A stretch of DNA of 64,000 nt, taken from assembly GCA_025350465.1 (NCBI GenBank), contig JANXXU010000023.1, positions 15,387-79,386 of the forward strand. Reading direction: 5' to 3'. Shown piece by piece: positions 36,049 to 46,276 of the stretch. The translations under genes and the position numbers were made by a program. The notes beneath the pieces are model-generated. The model searched no databases, was not told the origin of the DNA, and saw nothing but the letters and a program-made list of their open reading frames with translations. The stretch comes from Alphaproteobacteria bacterium (lineage in GTDB: Bacteria > Pseudomonadota > Alphaproteobacteria > Micropepsales > Micropepsaceae). Positions within the stretch are counted from its first letter, which is position 1, and every line of letters begins with the position of its first letter.

Positions 36049-36834
36049 TCAGTGGGCCGGTGGCGTCGTCGGCGTCGGTGCCGCAGTCGGAGCCGGCGTG
36101 GGCGCTGACGGCGCAGCAGGTGCGGGTTGAGTGGGCGCCGGTGTCGCTCCGGCAGGCGGTGCGCTGCCGGTTGGCGTGGACGCGGCCCCCGGTGCCACCG
36201 GTTGCGGCTTTTCGCCCGGCTGCGGCGCCTGCGTTTGGCTCGTTGGAGCCTCGCCGTCCGCGCCGCCCCCGGCAGCCGGTGCGGCACTGGGATGCGGTGC
36301 CGGAATCTCAGCGGGCAAATCCGCCTTCGAGCGCAACCAGGCGATCACGTTGATGCGGTCTTGCGCCTTCGAGAGCCCGGCGAATGTCATCTTTGTGCCT
36401 GGCACCGCCGCCCGCGGATTGCTCAGGAAGGTATTGAGTTCGTCATAACCCCAAGTGCCGCCGGCGCTCTGCATCGCGCCCGAATAGCTGAAGCTGGGCT
36501 CGTGTGCGCGCTTGTTGCCGACGACGCCGTAAAGATTGGGGCCGATCTTGTTCGGGCCGCCTTTCTCGAAATCGTGACATTGCAAGCAACGTTGATGGAT
36601 TTTGTCGCCCGCCGCCGCATCCGCGGTCGGCAAGACTGTGCCCCAATCCGGCTTTGCTTCCGGAGCCGTGCTCGTCGTCCCACCGTCGTGCGTTCCGCCG
36701 ACGGCGACGGTCATGCCGGCGCTTGACGGCTTCTCCGGCTTCATCAGCTCGTCGACGAGGATGTTCAGTCCGGCGATGAACAGCATCGTTCCCAACACCG
36801 CACCGATAATCTTGTTCCACTCGAAGGAATCCAT
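36049..36834 (-). CDS. membrane-anchored c-type cytochrome (CycM-like) with Pro/Ala-rich C-terminal tail
   Basis: N-terminal TM helix, heme motif CLQCH, and GPNLYGVVG...MTFAGL typical of class I cytochrome c. About 90 aa of low-complexity tail. Confidence 0.85.
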   Translation of the reverse strand: MDSFEWNKIIGAVLGTMLFIAGLNILVDELMKPEKPSSAGMTVAVGGTHDGGTTSTAPEAKPDWGTVLPTADAAAGDKIHQRCLQCHDFEKGGPNKIGPNLYGVVGNKRAHEPSFSYSGAMQSAGGTWGYDELNTFLSNPRAAVPGTKMTFAGLSKAQDRINVIAWLRSKADLPAEIPAPHPSAAPAAGGGADGEAPTSQTQAPQPGEKPQPVAPGAASTPTGSAPPAGATPAPTQPAPAAPSAPTPAPTAAPTPTTPPAH

Positions 36835-37006
36835 CAGGATCGATCCATGAAGTTGCGGCTGCTGTGCATCGAAGGGCTCAACGCGAGAGGTACGTCCACC
36901 CCCGGCCGCCTAAAGGTGCGTGACAATACCGGCCGACCCTAGTGCGTCATTGCGGCGGAACGTCGCATTTTGACGCCCGTGAGCGGCATCATCAGAGTGG
37001 CCCGGC

Positions 37007-37756
37007 ATGAGCGAACCGCTGATCCTGATTCCCGCGCGAATGGCGTCGACACGGCTGCCCGGCAAGCCGTTGGCGGATATCCATGGGGTGCCGATGATTG
37101 TGCACGTTTGGCGCCGCGCCATGGAAGCCCGCGCCGGGCGCGTGGCGGTTGCCGCTGCCGAGCAAGAGATTGCAGCCGCGGTAACGCGCGCCGGCGGCGA
37201 ATCGATTCTGACGAAACCCGATCATCCCTCCGGTTCGGATCGGGTCTTCGAAGCCGCGATGAAACTCGATCCCGCCGCGCGTCACGACGTCATCGTCAAT
37301 CTGCAAGGCGATCTGCCGACGCTCGACCCGGCTCTCATACTCGAGGTCCTTGCGCCTCTTAGCGATCCTGCCGTCGATATTTCGACGCTCGTGACGATGA
37401 GTCGAAGCGACAGCGAGCGCACAAATCCAAATGTTCCGAAGGCGATCCTAGCCATGGCCGCCGACGGGCGTCAGGGGCGCGCGCTTTATTTCACGCGCGC
37501 CTTGGCGCCGTGGGGCGACGGACCGATCTTCGGTCATATCGGCATGTATGCGTACCGGCGAAAGGCGCTGGAACGGTTCGTTGGAATGCCGCCTTCGCCG
37601 CTGGAAAAACGCGAGAAGCTTGAGCAATTGCGGGCGCTCGAAGCCGGTATGAATATCACGGCGCGGGTCGTCGACATCAAGCTCTTGGAAGTGGACACGC
37701 CGGAAGATCTGGAACGCGCCCGCGCGATGTTGGACCCGAAAGGCCGCCGAACATGA
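37007..37756 (+). CDS. kdsB: 3-deoxy-manno-octulosonate cytidylyltransferase
   Basis: LILIPARMASTRLPGKPLADIHGVPMIVHVW and NLQGDLP motifs. Confidence 0.92.
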   Translation: MSEPLILIPARMASTRLPGKPLADIHGVPMIVHVWRRAMEARAGRVAVAAAEQEIAAAVTRAGGESILTKPDHPSGSDRVFEAAMKLDPAARHDVIVNLQGDLPTLDPALILEVLAPLSDPAVDISTLVTMSRSDSERTNPNVPKAILAMAADGRQGRALYFTRALAPWGDGPIFGHIGMYAYRRKALERFVGMPPSPLEKREKLEQLRALEAGMNITARVVDIKLLEVDTPEDLERARAMLDPKGRRT

Positions 37757-38607
37757 CCGCCGACACAATCGCCTTTCAGGGAGAGTTCGGCGCGAATTCG
37801 CACCTTGCGTGCCGCGAAGTTTATCCGGCAATGACGACGCTGCCGTGCCAAACCTTCGAAGACGCACTCGCGGCGGTGAAGGATGGCAAGGCGCGCCTTG
37901 CCATGATCCCGATCGAGAACTCTCTGCACGGCCGCGTCACCGACATCCATCACCTTTTGCCGGAGTCGGGACTCTATATCGTCGGCGAGCATTTCCTACG
38001 CGTGCATCACCAATTGATGGCCGTCAGAGGGGCGACGCTCGTTGGGTTGAAAAGCGTGATGAGCCAAATCCCGGCGCTCGGCCAATGCCGCAACATCATC
38101 CGCTCGCTCGGATTGAAGATGATTGTCGGCGCCGACACGGCGGGCTCGGCGCGCCATGTGGCCGAGGAAGGCGACAAGACGGTTGCGGCGCTCGCCTCCT
38201 CGCTCGCCGCGGAGATTTATGGCCTGGACATCCTCAAGGCGAATGTCGAGGACGCGCCCCACAACACGACGCGTTTCTTGCTGATGTCGGCCGAGCCGGA
38301 CGATGCCGAGATGGGCGGTGGTCCGGTCGTGACGACCTTCGTCTTTCGCGTGCGCAACGTTCCCGCCGCGCTTTACAAAGCGATGGGTGGCTTTGCCACC
38401 AACGGCGTCAACATGACAAAGCTCGAGAGCTATCAGCTTGGCGGCTCGTTCAACGCGACGCAATTCTACGCCGACATCGAAGGCCATCCCGAGGAGCGCA
38501 ACGTACGCCTCGCCCTTGAAGAGCTGACGTTCTTCACCAGTTCGATGCGCATCCTGGGTGTCTACCCCGCCCACGCCTATCGCCGGCAAATGGCAAAGGG
38601 CGACTAG
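37753..38607 (+). CDS. pheA: prephenate dehydratase
   Basis: IAFQGEFGANSHLA and TRFLLM motifs with a C-terminal ACT domain. ATGA overlap with kdsB. Confidence 0.9.
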   Translation: MTADTIAFQGEFGANSHLACREVYPAMTTLPCQTFEDALAAVKDGKARLAMIPIENSLHGRVTDIHHLLPESGLYIVGEHFLRVHHQLMAVRGATLVGLKSVMSQIPALGQCRNIIRSLGLKMIVGADTAGSARHVAEEGDKTVAALASSLAAEIYGLDILKANVEDAPHNTTRFLLMSAEPDDAEMGGGPVVTTFVFRVRNVPAALYKAMGGFATNGVNMTKLESYQLGGSFNATQFYADIEGHPEERNVRLALEELTFFTSSMRILGVYPAHAYRRQMAKGD

Positions 38608-39551
38608 CCTGCCTGTTCGATCCAGCTCTTGACCAGCTGATGCGCGATCGCCAACGGCGGCGGTAAGCGCAAGTCGGGCGTCCCGCGCTTTGCCAACGCA
38701 TCGCGCACCTCGGCCCGCGTGAACCAGCGTGCGTCGGAAAGCTCGTCTTGGTCCAAGTGAATTTCGGTCGTCAGCGCCCGCGCATAACAGCCGATCATCA
38801 GCGACGAGGGATAAGGCCACGGCTGCGTAGAATGGAACAGCACCTCGCCGATCTTCACGCCGGATTCTTCCATGATTTCGCGCGCGACCGCTTCCTCGAT
38901 CGTCTCGCCCGGTTCGACGAAACCCGCAAGCGCCGAGTAGAACCCGTTGGGCCATTTCGCCTGCCGGCCCAGCAAACAGGCGTCGCCATTCAGCGCCAGC
39001 ATGATGACGACCGGATCGGTGCGCGGAAAATGCTCGGTGTTGCAGCCCTCGCAAACGCGCTTGTATCCGGCGTCCGCCAGCACCGTCGCACCGCCGCAAT
39101 TCGCGCAAAAGCCGTGGCGCTGGTGCCAGTCGATCACCGACTTCGCCTGCGCCAGGATGGCGGCGTCGCCCAGGTCGATCTCCTCGGCGATCGTGCGCAA
39201 ATCGGCGAACGTGCCGAGCCCCGCGAGCGCGCCGTGCGCTGCCGGATCCGGCAGGCTTGAAATGTCGATGGCGAAATGCGCCGCCTCGTTGTGCACGCCC
39301 AGGAAAATTGTCGTCGCACCCGGACGCATCAGCGGCAGCACCAGCTCTGAGGTGATCCAGCCGGCTTCGTGTTTGCCTTCGCGCCCCTTGATCAGGAACG
39401 GCATCAGCTTCCACACCGGCATGAAGAGCGAGCGCTTGTCGGCGAAGGCAGCGGCGAGCCATTCCTTGTCGGCGCGCCGGTGGCTGGCGCGATCGAGCGG
39501 GCTATTGGCAAAAACGTTGGGGTTTCGGGGCAAGACCCGTGTCATGCGCAA
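38604..39551 (-). CDS. nudC: NAD(+) diphosphatase (Nudix)
   Basis: Zinc ribbon CANCGG...CEGCNTEHFPRTDP and Nudix box GFVEPGETIEEAVAREIMEESGV. Confidence 0.85.
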   Translation of the reverse strand: MRMTRVLPRNPNVFANSPLDRASHRRADKEWLAAAFADKRSLFMPVWKLMPFLIKGREGKHEAGWITSELVLPLMRPGATTIFLGVHNEAAHFAIDISSLPDPAAHGALAGLGTFADLRTIAEEIDLGDAAILAQAKSVIDWHQRHGFCANCGGATVLADAGYKRVCEGCNTEHFPRTDPVVIMLALNGDACLLGRQAKWPNGFYSALAGFVEPGETIEEAVAREIMEESGVKIGEVLFHSTQPWPYPSSLMIGCYARALTTEIHLDQDELSDARWFTRAEVRDALAKRGTPDLRLPPPLAIAHQLVKSWIEQAG

Positions 39552-39674
39552 ACTCGCGAGCGGTAATCCACAGGAGGGGTAACGACCTTATGCACGCAGT
39601 TCCGCCCGCTCGCAACGCCTGAGAAGAACAACTGAGACGCTTGCGATCATGCGCGCCCTCTCTGCTATAGTTGG

Positions 39675-39775
39675 CTCGGGAGGTTGGCGCGGACGAGTTT
39701 CTCGCCAATCCGGTCAGGTCCGGAAGGAAGCAGCCGTAACGGGTTTCGACTCGGGTCGTTGTCAGCCTCCCACCT
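39675..39775 (+). ncRNA. ffs: signal recognition particle RNA (4.5S type)
   Basis: Contains the invariant domain IV sequence GGTCAGGTCCGGAAGGAAGCAGCC (39712..39735). The 5' GGGAGGTTGGC (39678..) pairs fully with the 3' GTCAGCCTCCC (..39771). It occupies the conserved position upstream of dnaX. Confidence 0.85.
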
Positions 39776-39788
39776 TCGGAAATCCTTG

Positions 39789-41588
39789 ATGGCCAAGAAA
39801 GACACCAAGGGTACGGACGCAGCCGATGCGGACGCGCTCGAACTGAAGCTGGACGCAGGTGCGGCCGACAACCGCGCCTATCGCGTGCTCGCGCGCAAAT
39901 ACCGGCCGCAGACCTTCGATGCCCTGATCGGCCAGGATGCGATGGTGCGCACGCTGGCGAATGCCTTCGTGGGCGGCCGCATTGCCCACGCCTTTATGCT
40001 GACCGGCGTGCGCGGTGTCGGCAAGACGACGACGGCGCGCATCATAGCAAAGGCCCTCAATTGCATCGGCCCCGACGGCAAGCGCAGCGAGCCGACGATG
40101 ACGCCATGTGGCGTTTGCGAATCCTGCGTTGCCATCACAGAATCGCGTCACATCGACATTTTGGAAATGGATGCGGCGTCGCGCACTGGCATCGACGATA
40201 TCCGCGAAATCATCGAAGGTGTGCGCTACGCACCCGCGCAAGCGCGCTACAAAGTTTATATCATCGACGAAGTCCACATGCTGTCGAAGCAAGCGTTCAA
40301 CGGCTTGCTCAAGACGCTAGAAGAGCCGCCGCCGCATGTGAAGTTTATCTTTGCGACGACGGAAATCCGCAAGGTTCCCGTCACGGTTCTGTCGCGCTGC
40401 CAGCGTTTCGACCTCAAGCGCGTGCCGCTCGACGAACTCACCGCCAACCTGATTCAGATATGCAAGGCCGAAAAATACCCGGCCGACGGGGCGGCCTTGC
40501 GCTTGATCGCGCGCGCCGCCGAAGGCTCCGTGCGCGATGCGCAATCCCTGCTTGATCAGGCAATGTCGCACGGCGGCGGTGCGGAGATCCAAGAAGACGC
40601 CGTTCGCGCGATGTTGGGCCTCGCCGACCGCTCGCGCGGGCTCGAGCTTTTCGATCAATTGATGCGGGGTGCCATCGCCGAGGCGCTCAACGAATTTCGC
40701 GCCCAATACGACCAGGGCGCAGATCCGCTCAGCGTCTTGCAGGATCTGACCCAAATCACGCACGAAATCACCCGCATGAAAATCGTGCCCGAGGCGACGA
40801 CGCGTGGACTTGCCGACGCCGAAGCAAAACGCTACAGCGAACTCGCGGCCAAATTGTCCGTGCCGCAATTGGCGCGCGCCTGGCAATTGTTGTTGAAGGC
40901 GCTGCCGGAAGTGCAAGCAGCGCCCGATGCAGCGGCGGCGGCTGAAATGGCGCTCGTCCGCATTGCCTATGCCGCCGAGCTTCCGCCGACCGATGCGCTG
41001 ATCCGCAGTACCGCGAGTGGTACGGCGACGCCCGCGCCGGCGCGACCAAGCGCACATGCGCCGTCATCGGCACCGCCTCCCGCACCGCCATTGCGTTTGC
41101 AAAGCGCTCGCTCCGCCGAGGCGGCACCCGCACCCGCGCGCGCCCGCGTCGAGCCGCAGGAGCAACCGAAAGCATCCGCCGAGACCGAGCCGCTTGTTTC
41201 GCTGGCCGACTTCAAGGCCGTGATCGCATTGGCGCGCAGCGAACGCGAGCCGCGATTATCCTATGCGCTCGAACACTACGTTCATTTGATCAGCTTCGAA
41301 CGCGGTCGCATCGAGATGCGCGTCGCGCCGACCGCGCCGGCAACCTTGCCCGGCGATCTCTCCGACAAGCTTGCAAAATGGACCGGCGAGCGTTGGGTGA
41401 TCACGGTGTCGAGCGCGCCGGGCGAGCCGACCGTCGCCGAACAAAGTGCCGCCGAAGATGAAGCGCGGCGTGCGGCGGCAGCACTTGATCCCTTGCTCAA
41501 GGCCGCGATGGCCATATTTCCTGGCGCACGCATTGTCGCCGTCCGCGATCGCGAAGTCCCCGAATCCGAGCCCGGTGAAAGCGCATGA
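39789..41588 (+). CDS. dnaX: DNA polymerase III subunits gamma/tau
   Basis: YRVLARKYRPQTFDALIGQD, Walker A GVRGVGKTTTARI, zinc module CGVCESC, IIDEVHMLS. Track ORF trimmed to ATG 39789. Confidence 0.95.
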   Translation: MAKKDTKGTDAADADALELKLDAGAADNRAYRVLARKYRPQTFDALIGQDAMVRTLANAFVGGRIAHAFMLTGVRGVGKTTTARIIAKALNCIGPDGKRSEPTMTPCGVCESCVAITESRHIDILEMDAASRTGIDDIREIIEGVRYAPAQARYKVYIIDEVHMLSKQAFNGLLKTLEEPPPHVKFIFATTEIRKVPVTVLSRCQRFDLKRVPLDELTANLIQICKAEKYPADGAALRLIARAAEGSVRDAQSLLDQAMSHGGGAEIQEDAVRAMLGLADRSRGLELFDQLMRGAIAEALNEFRAQYDQGADPLSVLQDLTQITHEITRMKIVPEATTRGLADAEAKRYSELAAKLSVPQLARAWQLLLKALPEVQAAPDAAAAAEMALVRIAYAAELPPTDALIRSTASGTATPAPARPSAHAPSSAPPPAPPLRLQSARSAEAAPAPARARVEPQEQPKASAETEPLVSLADFKAVIALARSEREPRLSYALEHYVHLISFERGRIEMRVAPTAPATLPGDLSDKLAKWTGERWVITVSSAPGEPTVAEQSAAEDEARRAAAALDPLLKAAMAIFPGARIVAVRDREVPESEPGESA

Positions 41589-41902
41589 AGAATTTCAGCG
41601 ATTTGATGAAGCAGGCGCAGGTGATCCAACAGAAATTCGCCGAGGCGCAAGATCGCTTGGCCGCCATCGAGTCCGAGGGGCAGGCGGGCGGCGGCATGGT
41701 GCGTGTCACCATCAACGGCAAGGGCCAGGCCAAGCGCGTGCAAATCGATCCTTCCCTTGCCGACCCGAAAGACATCGGCATGCTCGAGGATTTACTCCTC
41801 GCCGCGATCAACGACGCCAAGACGAAAGTCGACGCCCGCTCGGCCGACGAAATGCAGAAGCTGACCGGCGGCCTGCCGCTGCCGCCGGGGCTCAAGCTCT
41901 AA
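41585..41902 (+). CDS. ybaB: YbaB/EbfC family nucleoid-associated protein
   Basis: MKNFSDLMKQAQVIQQKF...GGGMVRVTINGKGQ...IDPSL. ATGA overlap with dnaX. Confidence 0.9.
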   Translation: MKNFSDLMKQAQVIQQKFAEAQDRLAAIESEGQAGGGMVRVTINGKGQAKRVQIDPSLADPKDIGMLEDLLLAAINDAKTKVDARSADEMQKLTGGLPLPPGLKL

Positions 41903-41905
41903 CGC

Positions 41906-42511
41906 ATGGCGACGCCGCTCGCAGGCCCGGAGATCGAACGCTTGGTGCAGCTCTTGGCAAGATTGCCGGGGCTCGGGCCCAGATCCGCGCGCCGCGCCGC
42001 GCTCGCGTTGCTCAAGAAGAAAGAAACGCTGCTGCAGCCGTTGGCCGCCGCGCTAGAGGAAACCGCGCGCACCATCAAGGCATGCACCAACTGCGGCAAT
42101 CTCGATTCGACTGACCCGTGTTCTGTGTGCGCCGATCCGCGCCGCGACGGCAGCCTCATCTGCGTTGTCGAAGACGTCGCCGATCTTTGGGCGCTGGAGC
42201 GCGCCGGCGTCTTTCGCGGCCGCTATCATGTGCTCGGCGGCACGCTCTCCGCGCTCGACGGCCGCAGCCCCGATCAGTTGAATCTTGGCTCCCTGGTCGA
42301 ACGCGTGAGGCAAGGCCAAATCCGCGAGGTCGTACTGGGCCTCAACGCAACGGTTGAAGGCCAGACGACAGCGCACTACGTGACGGATTTGATCGCGCCC
42401 TTGAACGTTTCAGTCACGCGGCTAGCTCACGGCGTCCCCGTCGGCGGCGAACTCGACTACCTCGACGAAGGCACGCTTGCCGCCGCCTTCGCCGCCCGCC
42501 GGGCGATGTAG
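41906..42511 (+). CDS. recR: recombination protein RecR
   Basis: [11 protein letters not shown] helix-hairpin-helix, zinc finger CTNCGNL...CSVC, Toprim segment [10 protein letters not shown]. Confidence 0.95.
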   Translation: MATPLAGPEIERLVQLLARLPGLGPRSARRAALALLKKKETLLQPLAAALEETARTIKACTNCGNLDSTDPCSVCADPRRDGSLICVVEDVADLWALERAGVFRGRYHVLGGTLSALDGRSPDQLNLGSLVERVRQGQIREVVLGLNATVEGQTTAHYVTDLIAPLNVSVTRLAHGVPVGGELDYLDEGTLAAAFAARRAM

Positions 42512-42633
42512 CATTTTGCTGACCTTGGCGAGGGCCGCCGCGGGCGTGGTTTTTAGCATGGCGCCGATCATCCTTGGGCTTGCGCGATTGCCGCCGTCTT
42601 GACGGGAAAGGGCGCTTATCCTACCTCCGGCGC

Positions 42634-43167
42634 ATGGCACTTCGTTCGATCATAACCGCCCCGGACCCGCGGCTGAAGCTGGTCTCCGAGCCCTTGTCCG
42701 AGGTCGGCGACGAGATCCGCCGTCTGATGGACGACATGCTGGAGACCATGTACGCGGCGCCTGGAATCGGGCTTGCCGCCGTGCAGATCGGCGTACCCAA
42801 ACGGGTTATCGTCATGGACCTGGCGAAGGAGAAGGAGGGCGAGCCGCACAAGCCGCTCTTCTTCGTCAATCCGAAATTGCTCTGGGCCGCCGACGAGCGC
42901 GTGCTGTGCGAGGAGGGCTGCCTCTCGGTCCCTGATCTTTATGAAGAGGTCGAACGTCCGGTGCGCGTGCGCGTGTCGTACTTGGATTATTTCGGCAAGG
43001 CCCAGGAAGTCGAGGCCGACGGCATGCTCGCCGTCTGCCTGCAGCATGAGATGGATCACCTCGAGGGCACGCTCTTCATCGACCATCTGTCGCGGTTGAA
43101 GCGCGAGATGATGCTGAAAAAGCTGATCAAGGCGCGCAAAGCGGCCGAGCGCGAAGAGGTGGAGTAG
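42634..43167 (+). CDS. def: peptide deformylase
   Basis: GIGLAAVQIG, EGCLSVP and QHEMDHL motifs. Track ORF trimmed to MALRSIITAPDPRLK. Confidence 0.92.
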   Translation: MALRSIITAPDPRLKLVSEPLSEVGDEIRRLMDDMLETMYAAPGIGLAAVQIGVPKRVIVMDLAKEKEGEPHKPLFFVNPKLLWAADERVLCEEGCLSVPDLYEEVERPVRVRVSYLDYFGKAQEVEADGMLAVCLQHEMDHLEGTLFIDHLSRLKREMMLKKLIKARKAAEREEVE

Positions 43168-43201
43168 GCGAGGGCGCCCCTCCCGCGCTACAAGGCGGCC
43201 C

Positions 43202-44122
43202 ATGACGACCTTGCGCCTCGCCTTTCTGGGCACCCCCGACTTCGCCGTACCGACGCTCGAAGCGCTGCTGGCGCGCGGCCACGATGTCGCCGCCGTCTAC
43301 ACGCAACCGCCGCGCCCGGCCGGCCGCGGCCAGAAACCGCAATCCTCGCCGGTTCAGCGCGTGGCGGAAAAACACGGCATCGCCGTCCACGCTCCGCAGA
43401 CTTTGCGTGACCCGCGCGAGCAAGAAGTGTTTCGCGCGCTCGCTCTCGATGCCGCAATCGTTGTCGCCTATGGCTTGATTTTGCCCAAGCCCATCCTCGC
43501 CGCGCCGAGGCTCGGGTGTTTCAATCTCCATGCCTCTTTATTGCCGCGCTGGCGTGGCGCCGCGCCCATCCAGCGCGCAATCATGGCCGGAGACACCAAG
43601 ACCGGCGCCATGGTGATGCGCATGGAGGAAGGCCTCGACACCGGCCCCGTCCTCGCCCAGCTGCAAACACCCATCTCTGACCAGACGACGGCGGGCGACT
43701 TGCATGACGAGCTGTCGGCAGAGGGCGCTTCGCTGCTGGCGGAAATTGTGGAGCGCCTTGCACGCGGCGCCGTCATCGAGCACCCGCAGACGGGCGCAGT
43801 GACCTATGCGAAAAAAATAACGCCCGAAGAGGCGCACGTCGATTGGCGCCGCCCGGCGCGCGAAGTGCTGCGCCACATTCACGGGCTCAATCCCGCGCCG
43901 GGTGCCTGGACCATGGCGGGTCCGACACGCCTCAAAATCCTGCGCGTTCGAATGGCCGACGCGACAGGCGAGCCGGGTCAATTGATCGACGATCAACTGA
44001 CGATCGCCTGTGACACGGGCGCGCTGCAGATCGTCGAGCTGCAACGCGCCGGTCGCGAGGCGCAATCGGCCGACGCGTTCCTGCGCGGTTTCGATTTGCC
44101 GAAGGGCGCGCGGTTCGGTTGA
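43202..44122 (+). CDS. fmt: methionyl-tRNA formyltransferase
   Basis: [14 protein letters not shown] and [20 protein letters not shown] motifs. Confidence 0.95.
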   Translation: MTTLRLAFLGTPDFAVPTLEALLARGHDVAAVYTQPPRPAGRGQKPQSSPVQRVAEKHGIAVHAPQTLRDPREQEVFRALALDAAIVVAYGLILPKPILAAPRLGCFNLHASLLPRWRGAAPIQRAIMAGDTKTGAMVMRMEEGLDTGPVLAQLQTPISDQTTAGDLHDELSAEGASLLAEIVERLARGAVIEHPQTGAVTYAKKITPEEAHVDWRRPAREVLRHIHGLNPAPGAWTMAGPTRLKILRVRMADATGEPGQLIDDQLTIACDTGALQIVELQRAGREAQSADAFLRGFDLPKGARFG

Positions 44123-44883
44123 TGGCGCGCTGGAAACTCACGCTTGAATATGACGGCGGACCCTTCGCCGGCTGGCAGCGGCAGGAAAATGGCCCGTCGA
44201 TCCAGGCGTCGCTCGAACATGCGATCCTCAAGTTTTGCGGTGAGACAGTGACGGTCGCCGGCGCCGGCCGCACCGACGCCGGCGTCCATGCCTTGGGCCA
44301 AGTCGCGCATGCCGATATCGCGAAGGCCGTGACCGCGGACAAGCTGCGCGATGCCGTAAACGCTCACCTGCGTCCCGCGCCTATTGCCGTGTTGCGCGCC
44401 GAAGAGGCTGCGCCGGAATTTCATGCGCGCTTCGATGCGACGGCGCGCCACTATCTCTATCGCGTCGTCAATCGCCGCAGCCCGTTGACGCTCGATCGTG
44501 GCCACGCCTGGGCCGTGCAAATCGCGCTCGACGCCGAGGCGATGCACGAGGCGGCGCAACATCTGATCGGCAATCACGACTTCACCACGTTCCGCGCCGC
44601 CGAGTGCCAGGCCAAATCGCCAGTCAAGACACTCGACCGCCTCGTCGTCAGCCGCCACGGCGAAGAAATCGCGATCGATGCCTCGGCGCGCTCATTCCTT
44701 CATCACCAAGTGCGCTCGATGGTCGGCAGCCTGAAATTGGTGGGCGAGGGTAAGTGGCGCCCCGCAGAGATGAAGCGCGCGCTTGCGGCGCGCGACCGTG
44801 CGGCGTGCGGCCCCGTGGCGCCGGCCGATGGGCTTTATCTCGTGCGCGTCGATTACGGAGCCAAATCGACAAGCTCGACCTGA
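44119..44883 (+). CDS. truA: tRNA pseudouridine(38-40) synthase
   Basis: GWQRQ and [18 protein letters not shown] motifs. ATGA overlap with fmt. Confidence 0.9.
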   Translation: MMARWKLTLEYDGGPFAGWQRQENGPSIQASLEHAILKFCGETVTVAGAGRTDAGVHALGQVAHADIAKAVTADKLRDAVNAHLRPAPIAVLRAEEAAPEFHARFDATARHYLYRVVNRRSPLTLDRGHAWAVQIALDAEAMHEAAQHLIGNHDFTTFRAAECQAKSPVKTLDRLVVSRHGEEIAIDASARSFLHHQVRSMVGSLKLVGEGKWRPAEMKRALAARDRAACGPVAPADGLYLVRVDYGAKSTSST

Positions 44884-45680
44884 GCGTTGTCGATGGGGCG
44901 GCCGAGAAACAGGCTGCCGACGCGGGCAAACCGTTCCGCCGCATCCGTCGCCAAGAAGAGCGGTGCCTCGCCGGCGCCTTGACGCTTCAAGTTCTGGGCC
45001 TGAAGCAGCTGCGCGACTTCGGTTGCCGTCGTTTGTGCGCTGTCGACCAGGGTCACGCCGGAGCCGGCCGCCTTTGCGATCTGTTTGGCGAAGACGGGAA
45101 AATGCGTGCAGCCCAACACCAGCGTGTCCGGCTTGACGTCCGCGCTCTCGAACAGTTCGCGCACATAGCGCTCGGTGACGCGCTCGGGCACGTCGCCTTC
45201 GGTCCAGCCTTCTTCCGCCAGCGCGACGAAAAGCGGGCAGGCCTTTTGCACGACCGTGGCGTTTGGTTTCAAGGCATGCACGGCGCGCACATAGGCGCCG
45301 CCACGCACGGTTCCTTCCGTCGCGATGATTGCGATGTGCCCATTGCGGCTCGCCGCGACGGCCGCGCGCGCTCCGGGTTCAACGACGCCGATGACCGGCA
45401 CAGGTGCTAGTGCTGCGGCGAGCACCGGCAGCGCCACCGCTGAGGCGGTGTTGCAAGCGACGACGACGAGCTTCACATCGAACCGCATCAACGCGCGCGT
45501 CGCCTGCACCGCATAGCGCGACACGGTTTCGGCGCTCTTCGTGCCATAAGGCAGGCGCGCCGTATCGCCGAGATAAACCAGCCGCTCGTGCGGCATGAGC
45601 TTTGCGATCGCCGCCATGACGGTGAGTCCGCCGACGCCGGAGTCGAAGATGCCGATCTGGCGGTCGCGCCGACTCGTCAT
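44853..45680 (-). CDS. murI: glutamate racemase
   Basis: [21 protein letters not shown] and LGCTHFP motifs. Its 3' end overlaps the truA 3' end by 31 nt (convergent). Confidence 0.9.
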   Translation of the reverse strand: MTSRRDRQIGIFDSGVGGLTVMAAIAKLMPHERLVYLGDTARLPYGTKSAETVSRYAVQATRALMRFDVKLVVVACNTASAVALPVLAAALAPVPVIGVVEPGARAAVAASRNGHIAIIATEGTVRGGAYVRAVHALKPNATVVQKACPLFVALAEEGWTEGDVPERVTERYVRELFESADVKPDTLVLGCTHFPVFAKQIAKAAGSGVTLVDSAQTTATEVAQLLQAQNLKRQGAGEAPLFLATDAAERFARVGSLFLGRPIDNAQVELVDLAP

Positions 45681-46276
45681 GTATTCAACAAACCACCCAA
45701 TGCGCCGAGACCTAAGGCCAAGAACGTCAGTGTGATGAAATCGATGAGCGCAATCGCCATCGCGACCGACGCCTTCGACTGGAGCGCCGTCATGGCGGAA
45801 AAGAAGCGGTAATAAAGGCCGATGCCGAAGATGACGAGCTCGAGCAAGAATGCCTGAACCGCCGTGATGAGACCGAGGCCGAAAAGCGCGATGGGCGGGA
45901 CATCAAGCAAGAGGACGATGATCGTTCCCCAATTATACGCAATGATAAGCGCGCTGTAGCGCTCCGTCAGACCCAGAAAACGCAGCACGAAGATCATGAC
46001 GACCGGAAACGCCAGCCACGACAGCACATAGTCGATTGTGTAGAGCGCGAAGTGGGCGGCATTGGCCTCGGCGTGCTTTTCGCCGATCGTCACCGCGATC
46101 GTTTCCCAGCCATAGTTGAGGACGACATAGAGCGGCAGCGCCACGATCATGGCGGCGAACGAGCGGAAAAAACCGTCGGCCGTCAAGTCGAACGACGCCA
46201 TGGCCTGCGCGTCGCGTAGCGCCAATCGCGCCGCCGCGTCGATCGAACGCTGGACATAGGCGATGTCGACGCTCAT
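45677..46276 (-). CDS. uncharacterised integral membrane protein (about 5 TM)
   Basis: 199-aa hydrophobic protein with 4-nt ATGA overlaps at both ends (with the dapE stop and the murI start). No family recognised with confidence. Confidence 0.6.
   Translation of the reverse strand: MSVDIAYVQRSIDAAARLALRDAQAMASFDLTADGFFRSFAAMIVALPLYVVLNYGWETIAVTIGEKHAEANAAHFALYTIDYVLSWLAFPVVMIFVLRFLGLTERYSALIIAYNWGTIIVLLLDVPPIALFGLGLITAVQAFLLELVIFGIGLYYRFFSAMTALQSKASVAMAIALIDFITLTFLALGLGALGGLLNT

Noticed and set aside
37996-39462. 488-aa minus-strand ORF spanning pheA and nudC
   Set aside because: It overlaps two well-supported genes (prephenate dehydratase motifs on the plus strand, the Nudix box in another minus-strand frame) and has an Arg/Gly-rich shadow composition.
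39684-39788. N-terminal extension of dnaX through the SRP RNA
   Set aside because: The extension is the ffs gene read as protein. DnaX homology starts at MAKKDTKG... (ATG 39789).
39789-41588. Programmed -1 frameshift site for a gamma subunit in dnaX
   Set aside because: I found no A-AAA-AAG-type slippery heptamer. The only A-run (GAAAAAT near 40468) is not a slippery site and has no downstream hairpin in a suitable position.
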